The position numbers and the translations under genes are program-made. Below are positions 11,401 to 21,691 of a DNA stretch of 64,000 bases, in pieces. Where the stretch lies: NCBI GenBank assembly GCA_020137815.1, contig CM035355.1:3162001-3226000 (forward strand), read 5' to 3'. The notes beneath the pieces are model-generated. The model had not been told where the DNA came from and searched no databases. It worked only from the letters and a program-made list of their open reading frames with translations. Position 1 is the first letter of the stretch; each line of letters opens with the position of its first letter. This DNA is from Hormiphora californensis (taxonomy: Eukaryota; Animalia; Ctenophora).

Positions 11401-14400
11401 GGTTAGTCCCTTAAGGGTACGCTAACCAAAAATTTTTTTCGAGTGCAGGGAAATCTCTCACCGTGGGGTTGTAGGCCATGCCAAGGAGACCTCAAATATG
11501 CAATTTGAGCTCTCAAGTCGAATTCATATTTTTGCTACAGCTGTTTAAAAAATGTCCTGTAAATACGTTTTTGGCATCTCAAAAATTTTTTTCTAAAGAT
11601 AGGAGCATGACAATTTGGGGATTTGAAGAGGACATGAAGGTGAATAACCACAAAATTTTTTTTTGCAATCCGAGCTGATTTCCGGTCCTGAGATGGATTT
11701 CTTTTTTTCCACTTTAACGCCCTATTTGGCAAAGTTCCGAAAACATGTGAAAGCTGTAAATTGGTGAAAAGTTGCGTCTAACGATTATCTAAGTGGCCAT
11801 AAATTTTGGGCGTGTCCTTATTTGAGATAAGCTGTACAGAGTTTTTTTTGTGAAAGCCGTCATTTCAGAAATAAATAAATTCCCTGTATCTCAAAAACGG
11901 CTGATCGTAGAGACTTGAGACTATGCTTAAACGATTCACAAGGTCCGATTTTGGGGGGGTCTTCTGAGAGACATTTTGCTCCTACTTCAACCGTTTTTGC
12001 TGTAATTGCGAAAAACAAAAACCCATCTTCGCCATCGTGGATTTTTTGTGATTTTGTTTTTGGTGATTATAGGGACCCATATGGACCAAATAGTGAAGGA
12101 ATTAGCTTGTTACACACTTTTCCATAGTTTCGGTCCTTTCTTAGCTAAAATTCCCTAATTACAGGATATTGGAGTTTAGCTTTTGCCCTTTTCATAGAAT
12201 TTGTTTTTCGCAATTACAGCAAAAACGGTTGAAGTAGGAGCAAAATGTCTCTCAGAAGACCCCCCCAAAATCGGACCTTCTGAATCGTTTAAGCATAGTC
12301 TCATGTCTCTACGATCAGTCGTTTTTGAGATACAGGGAATTTATTTATTTCTGAAATGACGGCTTTCACAAAAAAAACTCTGTACAGCTTATCTCAAATA
12401 AGGACACGCCCAAAATTTATGGCCACTTAGATAATCGTTAGACGCAACTTTTCACCAATTTACAGCTTTCACATGTTTTCGGAACTTTGCCAAATAGGGC
12501 GTTAAAGTGGAAAAAAAGAAATCCATCTCAGGACCAGAAATCAGCTCGGATTGCAAAAAAATTTTTTGTGGTTATTCATCTTCATGTCCTCCTCAAATCC
12601 CCAAATTTTCATGCTCCTATCTTTAGAAAAAAAATTTTGAGATGCCAAAAACGTATTTACAGGACATTTTTTAAACAGCTGTAGCAAAAATATGAATTCG
12701 ACTTAAGGGCTAAAATTGCATATTTGAGGTCTCCTTGGTATGGCCTACAACCCCACGGTGAGAGATTTCCCTGCACTCGAAAAAAATTTTTGGTTAGCGT
12801 ACCCTTAAAGTATCCTGAAAGCATTTTCTTTTTTATATAGGCATCTATCTAATTGCTATTACTTTACTTCACTTTATAACAGGAGCACACGTGTAGTCTC
12901 TCTCTTTTTAGTCTGAAAATAGACAGAAAGCTCTCCCTCTCCCATGGATGAAAAAAAGGCGTACGCTCGACAATCGACAAGGTAAAGTTGTGCACGCTAC
13001 CGTCGCGTTATCTAATAAGCTAATTGCTTAAGTTCTTAACAACACTTTCTTACAGGACAGCATGCGTCGTCTCTCTTTTTTCGACTTATTATATAGATCA
13101 TTGTCTATTCCATTTCGGCATTTCGGCAAGTAATCTCAATTTGAACCAACGTTGTATCATGTAGAATAAACTGGATTTCTAACAAAAACCTATTATACTA
13201 ACTCTGTGGCCCTAGATGAATAACTATCGAAGTACAGGGTGTTCGTATGGGATCTTTACAAGCGTTGGGCTTCACCCAGAAAAAAGTTGACAAAATTAGC
13301 TTATGAAACTTCATACTTGGACTATTCTATACCCTCATTCAAGGTTCCTGGTGTTTTCAGAGCTCTAATACCCCTGGAAGTGTGTTTTTGGCATCAAAAC
13401 TACCAGAAGGAATTTTTTTTGCTGGTGCTGAGACCTTGCTAAAATGTTTTTTAGACATTTTCTATGTCAATTCCAAAGTTTCATGAAGATTGGATGTGTG
13501 GTTTAGTCACCAAGTTCCAAATAAACTGGCTAGAAAGGCCCAAAAACAGCTCAAAAACGACAAAAATTTCCAGGCACATTTTTCGAAATTTTGAGTTCAT
13601 CCAATCATCATGAATATTTGGAATTGACATAGAAAATACCCAAAAAACATTTTAGCAAAGTCTCAGCACCAACAAAAAATTCCTTCTGGTAGTTTTGATG
13701 CCAAAAACACCCTACGAGGGGTATTAGAGTTCTGAAAACACCAGGAACCTTGAATGAGGGTATAGAATAGTCCAAGTATGAAGTTTCATAAGCTAATTTT
13801 GTCAACTTTTTTCTGGGTGAAGCCCAACGCTTGTAAAGATCCCATATGAACACCCTGTACATATTACCGTGTCTGTCTATTGGGACGCTGTCTTGACAAG
13901 GAACCCAGCGATTTTAATAGTTTTTCCTTGGGGGATTTTCAATATTTCCCAGGGTAAAAGCTCCTTGGAACGCTCCTTCAGATATTATTAGACAGATAGA
14001 GACAGATCACAAGGAGAGGGAGGGGAGAGCTAGAACTCTTCTCTAACGATTCTTACACATCACCTTGTTCAACATTTTGTAGAGTGGTTTCTAAAAATAA
14101 AACGAGAGCGTGATCCACCGCTTAGCGATGGGAACGGGGGAGGGAGAGAAAGAGGGAGAGAAAGAGAAAGGGAGAAAGAAAGCGAGAAAGAGAGCATTTG
14201 TGTTACAAGCAATCCCTTTGCTTTCCCTGATTTGTTCTATCGTTGTAAGCCTTGCTTTGCTGTTATATTTTTGTTTTATCTATCAATCTTCACCGGCTAC
14301 CTTATCTTGCTTTTTTGGTCAGAAATCAGTAATTTCTTTATAATAAATTGTATGTACTTGTAATGCACTTGTATTTCAAACCCACCTCCTTTTAGTGTTT

Positions 14401-17400
14401 CAAAATGTTGTTTATTGTGCTGAATCTACTGGTGGCAGCTGTAGCAGCACACCAGATTGCTTACTTTCCACCACCGAACTCCAAGGACGACTACATCCGA
14501 GTTGATATCTCCGAAGGTGGCTTTCCCATAACAGAAGTCACCATCGCAGCCTGGGCTAAACAAGCACCACTTCCTGAGGCGGAAACAGACGCCGGGTATT
14601 TCTTCAGCTACATGTCGTCAACAAGTGGCAAAAGCAATATGCTACTTCTGGGTGGAAACAGATATAATGACTGCATAAAATTTTGGGTTTCCGATACGGT
14701 GAGGAGATCTTCTCCGTGTAGCAAATACAACAGTGTAACAGTCGGTACGTTAAGGCCAGAGGGGGGGGGGGGGGTCGACGGGTTTTTTTGGGTGTTTTTT
14801 GAGGTATACGTTATATGAAAGCGCTGGGCAAGGCGGATCGATTAGAACAGACGTCATCGATGTTGCGCGCACCGTTTGGCCAAAATTTGGGGGTTAACAT
14901 TTGACCTATAATGGATGTTAACCCCTATAAATCAGGATTGGTGGGGTCTAGAACATCCATCATTGTACCAAAGGCTTCGTCTTGTCTTGATACAACTTCC
15001 TGAAAAGTTTTATGTCGTTACTCCAACTATTAGGTTGTTCCACAATGATTGGGACTGGGGCTATACACCAGTCCCGATCATTGTGGAACAACCTAATACT
15101 TCTTGATTTTTTGGGGGTTTACAAAATATGCGGAAAAAGCCCTTTTTGCCTCTAATTTTGCTCTTTTTTGGGACATCCTGCCTAACTTCCTGAAATAACG
15201 GCTAGGACTCAGACCTTGCCGTTTGGCATAGTTGTTCTAGAGACCGTGTTCTTCAAATTTGGTGTAGCGATTTTTGATTAAGGCCCCCGTTCCCATAACA
15301 GAAGTCACCATCGCAGCCTGGGCTAAACAAGCACCAAATTTGGTGTAGCGATTTTTGATTAAGGCCCCCGTTCAAAAATTATAGGGGTTTACATAAAATT
15401 TTCATGGACAAAACAAATGTTAACCCCTATAATTTTTGAACGGGGGCCTTAATCAAAAATCGCTACACCAAATTTGAAGAACACGGTCTCTAGAACAACT
15501 ATGCCAAACGGCAAGGTCTGAGTCCTAGCCGTTATTTCAGGAAGTTAGGCAGGATGTCCCAAAAAAGAGCAAAATTAGAGGCAAAAAGGGCTTTTTCCGC
15601 ATATTTTGTAAACCCCCAAAAAATCAAGAAGTAGTTGGAGTAACGACATAAAACTTTTCAGGAAGTTGTATCAAGACAAGACGAAGCCTTTGGTACAATG
15701 ATGGATGTTCTAGACCCCACCAATCCTGATTTATAGGGGTTAACATCCATTATAGGTCAAATGTTAACCCCCAAATTTTGGCCAAACGGTGCGCGCAACA
15801 TCGATGACGTCTGTTCTAATCGATCCGCCTTGCCCAGCGCTTTCATATAACGTATACCTCAAAAAACACCCCAAAAAACCCGTCGACCCCCCCCCCCTCT
15901 GGCCTTAAATACATACCTCACAATTCGTTTATGTTTAATGTTTGTAGTATATTGCTGTATCTATCTCTGCCCTGAATAACAGCGGTGTCATTCCACTTCT
16001 AGGTGAGTGGACTCACTACGCGGCCACATGGACAAGTGCAACGGGGTTAACTAAAATGTACTTAAATGGAAAGCTTGTCGAGACAGCTACTATCGCGAAA
16101 AACATTGAAATAGGACACAAAGGAGTTTTGATTATCGGACAGGTAGATTTTGACCGGATAAATCGCCATGTTATAGCATCTAAAGTTTGTGTGTCTCACA
16201 CCTGTCGCCTCACACTGTAATTTTATGAAATAGCGCCGTCATTTTATGAAATAACACCGTCAGCACGCTCGGTGAGGTTCGGTAGATCAAACAAAAGTAT
16301 GCTGTTGATTGAATTGAAACACCTTCCCCAGGACCAAGACAGCTACGGAGGCGGTTTTGACGATGGCAATGCTTTTTCCGGTGAATTGACGGGTTTATTC
16401 TGGTTGAGAAAGGTCCTAACTCCTGGTCAAGTTTCTACCCTCTACAAGAACACCCTTGTCCATCGTGATTCCGCAAGTTACCCCCCGGGTGACATAGTTC
16501 TCAGTTGGAGTGATATCTTGACCACAGGGTCATTTCGCGGCGGCACCCATACTAACGGTAATGCTGTTTAAAGTAATTGTCTGCCGTGGGGGGTTTATGG
16601 TTTTTATTCGTAAAAAAAGTGGGAACTTTTGTACGAACTATAATCGTTTTTAATTTTGATCATTTTGATCTAACAGCCCTAACCATATTATGATATAACC
16701 CTAACCCTTCCTGTTTTATTAATGACAGCACAGCTGTTATCAAGATTTTCTGAGTACGACACCCTTGGGCGACGAAATCTAAATAAAACTCTGAATAGAA
16801 TCAGAGTTTCTAACTAAAACATGCAGAACGTTACTATAAAACCAACAGACCCTGGGGCTGACCCATCTCCAGTTCAAAGGGGTGGTGCGGATCAAAATAA
16901 CGTACCCGGCCCTAACTTTTCATCAAGTTTGTATAATTTCCCAGGGTAAAAGCTCCTTGGAACGCTCCTTCAGATATTATTAGACAGATAGAGACAGATC
17001 ACAAGGAGAGGTAGGGGAGAGCTAGAACTCTTCTCTAACGATTCTTACACAGCACCTTGTTCAACATTTAGAATGGTTTCTAAAAATAAAACGAGAGCGT
17101 GATCCACCGCTTAGCGGCGAGAGGGAGAGAAAGAGGGAGAGAAAGGGAGAAAGAAAGCGAGAAAGAGAGCATTTGTGTTTCAAGCAATCCCTTTGCTTTC
17201 CCTGATTTGTTCTATCGTTGTAAGCCTTGCTTTGCTGTTATATTTTTGTTTTATCTATCAATCTTCACCGGCTACCTTGCTTTTTTGTCAGCTGGAAATC
17301 AGTAATTTCTTTAATTGTAATGCACTTGTATTTCAAACCCACCTCCTTTTAGTGTTTCAAAATGTTGTTTATTGTGCTGAATCTACTGGTGGCAGCTGTA

Positions 17401-18920
17401 GCAACACACCAGATTGCTTACTTTCCACCACCGAACTCCGTGGACGACTACATCCGAGTTGATATCTCCGAAGGTGGCTCTCCCATAACAGAAGTCACCA
17501 TCGCAGCCTGGGCTAAACAAGCACCACTTCCTGAGTCCGATACAGACGCCGGGTATTTCTTCAGCTACATGTCGTCAACAAGTGCCAATGAAGACAATAT
17601 GCTACTTCTGGGTGGAAACAGATATGATGAATGCATAAAATTTTATGTTTCCGGTGAAGACGAGAGATCTTCTACGTGTAGCAATTACAACATTGTAACA
17701 GACGGTACGTACCTCACAATCATTTTATGTTTATAGCTGTTTGTAGTGTATTGCTACATATCTATCTCTTTTACTTATTGGTTAGCTGAACTAAATACTG
17801 ATATGAATAACGGCGGTGTCATTCCCCTCATAGGTGAGTGGACTCACTACGCGGCCACATGGAAAAGTGCAACGGGGGAGACTAAAATGTACCTTAACGG
17901 AGAGCTGGTCAAGGCAGCTACTATCGCGAAAAACATTGAAATAGGACACGGAGGAGTTTTGATTATCGGACAGGTAGATTTTGCCTGGATAAATAGCCAT
18001 GTTATAACAACGTGTTTGTGTGGCTCACATCATCATTTTATGAAATATATCACCGTCAGCAGTGAGGTTCGGTAGATCAAACAAAAGTATGCTGTTGATT
18101 GAATTGAAACACCTTCCCCAGGACCAAGACAGCTACGGAGGCGGTTTTGACGATGGCAATGCTTTTTCCGGTGAATTGACGGGTTTATTCTGGTTGAGAA
18201 AGGTCCTAACTCCTGGTCAAGTTTCTACCCTCTACAAGGACACCCTTGTCCATCGTAATTCTGCAAGTTACCCCCCATCCGACATAGTTCTCAGTTGGAG
18301 TGAAATCTTGACCACAGGGTCATTTCACGGTGGCACCTATACTAACGGTGGCACCTTTAGCTACGGTAATGCTGTTTTTAACTAATCGTTGGCCGTGGGG
18401 GATTTATGGTTTTTATTCGTACAAAAGTTGGGAGTTTTTGTACGAATAATAGTTTTTAATTTTGATCGAACAGCCCTAACCATTTTATAATATAACCCTA
18501 ACCCTACCTGTTTTATTAATGACAGCACAGCTGTTATCAAGATTATCTGAGTACGACACCCTTGTGCGACGAAATCTAAATAATACTCTGTCTAGAATCA
18601 GAGTTTCTAACTAAAACATGCAGAACGTTACTATAAAACCAACAGACCCTCTGGGGCTGACCCATCTCCATGCCAGTTCAAAGGGGTGGTGTGGATCAAA
18701 ATAACCTACCCTGCCCTGATTTTTCATCAAGTGACAAGTGTGTAGGTATAATAATTTTAATTCTTTATCCATCTCGTTGGAAAAGTATAATAAAATCTGT
18801 TTCATGAGATTTATTTTTATCTTACGTGTGTATTGTACCGGCAGATGAAAAAACTACTTCTTCAGCAGCTAATACGGTTGTCTGGAGAGTTGCTAGAAGG
18901 ATCACCCAAGCAGGAATCAT
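2386..18920 (-). CDS. CATSPERE: CatSper channel auxiliary subunit epsilon-like (multi-exon, signal peptide, C-terminal TM helix)
   Basis: Hand-spliced with phases checked at the junctions listed. Exon 1 18920-18826 MIPAWVILLATLQTTVLAA...GTIHT; exon 2 11379-11200 SQSTIVAQYVG...WHVPSQC...VCSQHG; then ...CYKW...IEIWVR...LASQFYMLGE|VPKV..., ...VKLDCPRYRTLRV...YTIPHKYR (ends 7552), exon from 3700 DLSVGYDVEELGCP..., EATRVLEADYILDEVNSRFDYNYTMT..., LQYEIMNSTGVNTILF...LTVVDPRSSYCHLSTKFA|VWVEDAP + TM + RYKKK. These are colinear with recalled CATSPERE motifs (STIKLEYEG..W.VP..C, YD.E.LGCP, EA.F.L.EVNG, VDP.YSYC.L). Some internal exon boundaries (7.9-10 kb) were not fixed. Confidence 0.82.
4001..7400 (+). 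CDS. Secreted mosaic lectin: F-type lectin, kringle, hevein-like, F-type lectin, 9 EGF, 2 Ig-like
   Basis: Exons 4001-4040 (MMLTFLASLLLTS), 4223-4383 and 4524-7400 have GT-AG ends. Kringle NYCRNPDG..PWCYT; hevein-like CCSAIGWCGNTTEHC; F-lectin NLAIGK..WWRVDL..REDCCGERL..LTLCEVEIY; cbEGF DVNEC/DINEC; Ig DTGKYQV and DAGIYTV. No TM segment. It lies inside CATSPERE intron 3701-7551. Confidence 0.9.
10523..10768. mobile_element. MITE-like element with 16-bp TIR
   Basis: ATACCTTACTCTCGTT...AACGAGAGTAAGGTAT, with internal inverted AAGAAACTTT motifs. TSD unclear. Confidence 0.55.
11415..12804. mobile_element. Non-autonomous foldback DNA transposon, Kolobok-like (copy B), in CATSPERE intron 1
   Basis: TTAA at 11411-11414 and 12805-12808. 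Near-identical to 546-1934, but the central spacer is reverse-complemented. Confidence 0.85.
13235..13857. mobile_element. Tc1/mariner-type MITE with ~260-bp TIRs
   Basis: TA|CAGGGTGTTC...GAACACCCTG|TA. The mirrored ORFs 13239(+) and 13608(-) reflect the inverted arms. Confidence 0.8.
14405..16571 (+). CDS. Short secreted pentraxin, copy 1 (antisense, nested in CATSPERE intron 1)
   Basis: Exons 14405-14744, 16003-16142 and 16332-16571. Signal peptide; TEVTIAAW; FFSY; GEWTHYAATW...G..KMYLNG; GVLIIGQDQDSYGGGFD..AFSGELTGL (pentraxin signature). Confidence 0.9.
14754..15904. mobile_element. Kolobok-like foldback element in intron 1 of pentraxin copy 1
   Basis: TTAA|GGCCAGAGGGG...CCCCTCTGGCC|TTAA. 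Near-perfect palindrome with a ~25-bp centre at ~15393-15417. Absent from the same intron of copy 2. Confidence 0.82.
15030..15096. mobile_element. 67-bp mariner-type mini-MITE nested in the foldback left arm
   Basis: TA|TTAGGTTGTTCCACAATGATTGGGACTGG-9 nt-CCAGTCCCGATCATTGTGGAACAACCTAA|TA. The right arm shows the empty TA site. Confidence 0.8.
16936..18730. repeat. Second unit of a tandem duplication (first unit ~13945-16930) carrying the pentraxin gene
   Basis: Both units start TTTCCCAGGGTAAAAGCTCCTTGG and end ...TTTTCATCAAGT, with similar flanks and introns. Confidence 0.85.
17362..18385 (+). CDS. Short secreted pentraxin, copy 2
   Basis: Exons 17362-17704, 17834-17973 and 18122-18385, with the same motifs as copy 1. 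Confidence 0.9.
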
Positions 18921-19488
18921 CCTAGATGCAGAGTTGGGGAGTTGTTGTGGAGGGAATGAGAACAAAACACGGATAGTTGGGACTCATAACTTTAAACGGT
19001 AATAATAATTTAGTGGAACAGAATAACAACAATATAAACGTCAAATTGGTTATAATAAATCTTGGATTGTGATAATATTTTACATTAGAATGACTTTCAT
19101 TCGTTACAACTTGTATAATTGTTTTTTTCCCACAAATAATTTAATTTAGTACAAATACAAAACATACACACGTATACAAATATTGGATTTTTTGCTGGAA
19201 ATCTTACACAAAATTACAAATTGTAGAGAACTTGCAAAACCTTTCAAACACACACATTACATAATAATTTACTTCTGATTTCTGGGTGATCATGATGGCA
19301 CTGGGTGGAAACAAACTTCTTGATTCTCTCGACACATACTTTCCCTGATCAAGTCGGTCGGCCTTTTATGCAGATCTGACCAACTGTTGTTCTCCAAAAC
19401 GATCTTTCTGCTTCTCTTGAACATGGGGTGTTACTTCCCCTGCTGGCAATTATACAGCCCTAATATATTGGTTCCAAACATGGCCATC

Positions 19489-21347
19489 TTATTCCTCGTT
19501 TCCAGTATAGTTCCGATGGGATGAAGAGTTATTATTGGCGGCTGACTCCATTAGTATCTGAGCCACAGCCGAGAGGTTGGATATAGCAATGTGAAGATCG
19601 TCTCTTACTTCCTCAACTAAAAAAGAATAGATCGTCGGATTATTATATAGGCACTAAGGAATTCGCTTAAAAAATACACCCCATCCCCACCTTACCTTGG
19701 TTACGAAATAACCCCTCTCTCGCCGGGCGACCTTCGCGCGTGCTGGCAAGCAAGCAAGCAAAGCAAGCAAGCAAAAGCAAAACAAAAGCAAAAAAAGGCG
19801 TAACCAAACCTAACCCCATCAACGCCTAACCCCATAAATGAAAAAAAAACACTCACTCTCTTCGATGGCATCATCCAGTTCCTCAGCCAGTGATTGCACG
19901 TTCTCCCTCCATGCTTTGAACATTTGGTGAATGGCGTTATTTCTCCGATGATGCCCTGAGAGACTGCTAACTGATTCCATCACAACATTGATAAACCAGT
20001 GCAGGGAATCAGGTGTGCATTCCCCTGAGTTCTTAGCTGACACCTGGAGAAACACAAAATGAAACAACCTGCTCAGTACAATGCAGGTTCTAAATTACTT
20101 TTTACTTAGTTTCGAGTTAATTATAGAAACTAGTCATCGTCAAGCTATAACAGCTTCGAGCTTGTAACAAAATGATGCGTACCTGTGCTAAGTGGAAGGC
20201 AAGATGACTAAACTCCGGGATCTTATCACTCAGGAGCTTGTTCTGTAAAATCTTTACCGTAGTTTGGTGTCCGAGGAGGTACATTAACTTGGCACTGTTC
20301 TCTAGGCACCAGGGCTCTGGAGTCACTGTGTGGAGAGACCAAATTAGTTTCTCCTAATTCTTGGCAAATAAGAGAAACATTTGCACCAAAAACAAAACAA
20401 TTTGAACTAGAACACTATTATTAATTCATCAATTACTCACTAGTTATATCATGGAAGAACTGGATAAATCTGGTATTACTCCAGGAAAATCTGGGCGAGG
20501 CGAGGATCAACGCTATAACATCAGCCAAATCTTTGAGCTTGTGATAGGCCGCCTTGGAATGGAATGAGGAACACTGAATAAGCAAATTCCAATCTATCAA
20601 CCCGGCTCCATCGGAGTGAGACTGGAGTGGTCCATAGAGAAGAAAGATAAGTCGCGGTTGGTTTTCTGGATACATATTCATAACAAGAGATAACCACAGG
20701 GACCTCTGATGAGGGGTGGTTGCCTTCTTCAGGAAGACCTCTGTAACAAATTGTCGGATGTCTCTCTGATAGTGAAGGTTTGCATCGTGAGGGGTAAAAA
20801 GGACCTTATCGATCCTTTCCTTCATCCTACTCAATCTGTTTATCAGGTGAAATACTTCCTTTAGTGCTGGCTCCTTCCACCCTACTATTACACGATACAG
20901 GAACAATCCAATGCACTCGTATGCGAACCTCAGACTGATCTTCTCACATATTTTGTGGTAGGTAACTTCAAGCTCATACAGGAAAATCTCAACACAGTCC
21001 AGTTTTTGCTCTGTTTCCAGCAATGCTGTGGTTGATCGAATTAGTTTACCAATTTCAACAAATCGTGCTCTGATTGATTTGTAGTCTTTCTCGTCAACCC
21101 AGGCGTTGATTGGCCGTATGACAAGCTGAGTGTCTATTGTCAAGTCCCTGATGTACTGACACATTGATTGACTGGTAGAAGCTAAGGCTCCAAGATATCG
21201 AAGCGTTGAAAATGACCCAAAAAGGTGCTGTGTGAGTTCCTCTGGTAGTTTTTCAAATGATCCCCGTGGTGTACGGAGGACCCTTCGTTCTCGTTGACAT
21301 ATCCTTTTTGATTTTACTCGTGGCATGGTTTCGTAACTTCGCTTCAT
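19489..21347 (-). CDS. FBXO47: F-box only protein 47-like (meiotic F-box protein)
   Basis: Exons 21347-20441, 20325-20183, 20043-19857 and 19616-19489. F-box GSFEKLPEEL; CIGLFLYRVIVGW; SLWLSLV..NQPRLIFLLYGP; LKDLADVI; PEPWCLENSAKL all match recalled FBXO47 motifs (CYGMFLQTLTAGW, NQARLLYIIFGP, WLLENNARL). Confidence 0.85.
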
Positions 21348-21586
21348 GGCTACGAAAGAAGGAATGTTGGTACATAGTTTAGTAATGTAGAATGAATCCA
21401 ATGTTTATTTGTTCAAACAGATTAGTGATCATGTAATCTGATAACAAGAATTATTGCATTATGTATTCATAATGCGGTGTTTCCCTGCCCCAGATATGAT
21501 GGGTGTAAAATTGATGACTAAGCTTCAAACTGGATTTTCCGATGAATTTTGCACTCTACGAGCAATTTTTGGTTGATACGATGTTA

Positions 21587-21691
21587 GTTACTATGGTATC
21601 CAGGGCGGTTGCTATGGTAATCAAAGTAGTTGCTATGGTAACAGGTAACCAAGGCAGTTGCTATGATAACCAAGACAGTTGCTTAGGAGAC
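21587..21691. promoter_or_regulatory. Cluster of five RFX X-box-like motifs upstream of FBXO47
   Basis: GTTACTATGGTATC (21587), GTTGCTATGGTAAT (21608), GTTGCTATGGTAAC (21629), GTTGCTATGATAAC (21657) and GTTGCTTAGGAGAC (21678). Confidence 0.55.
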
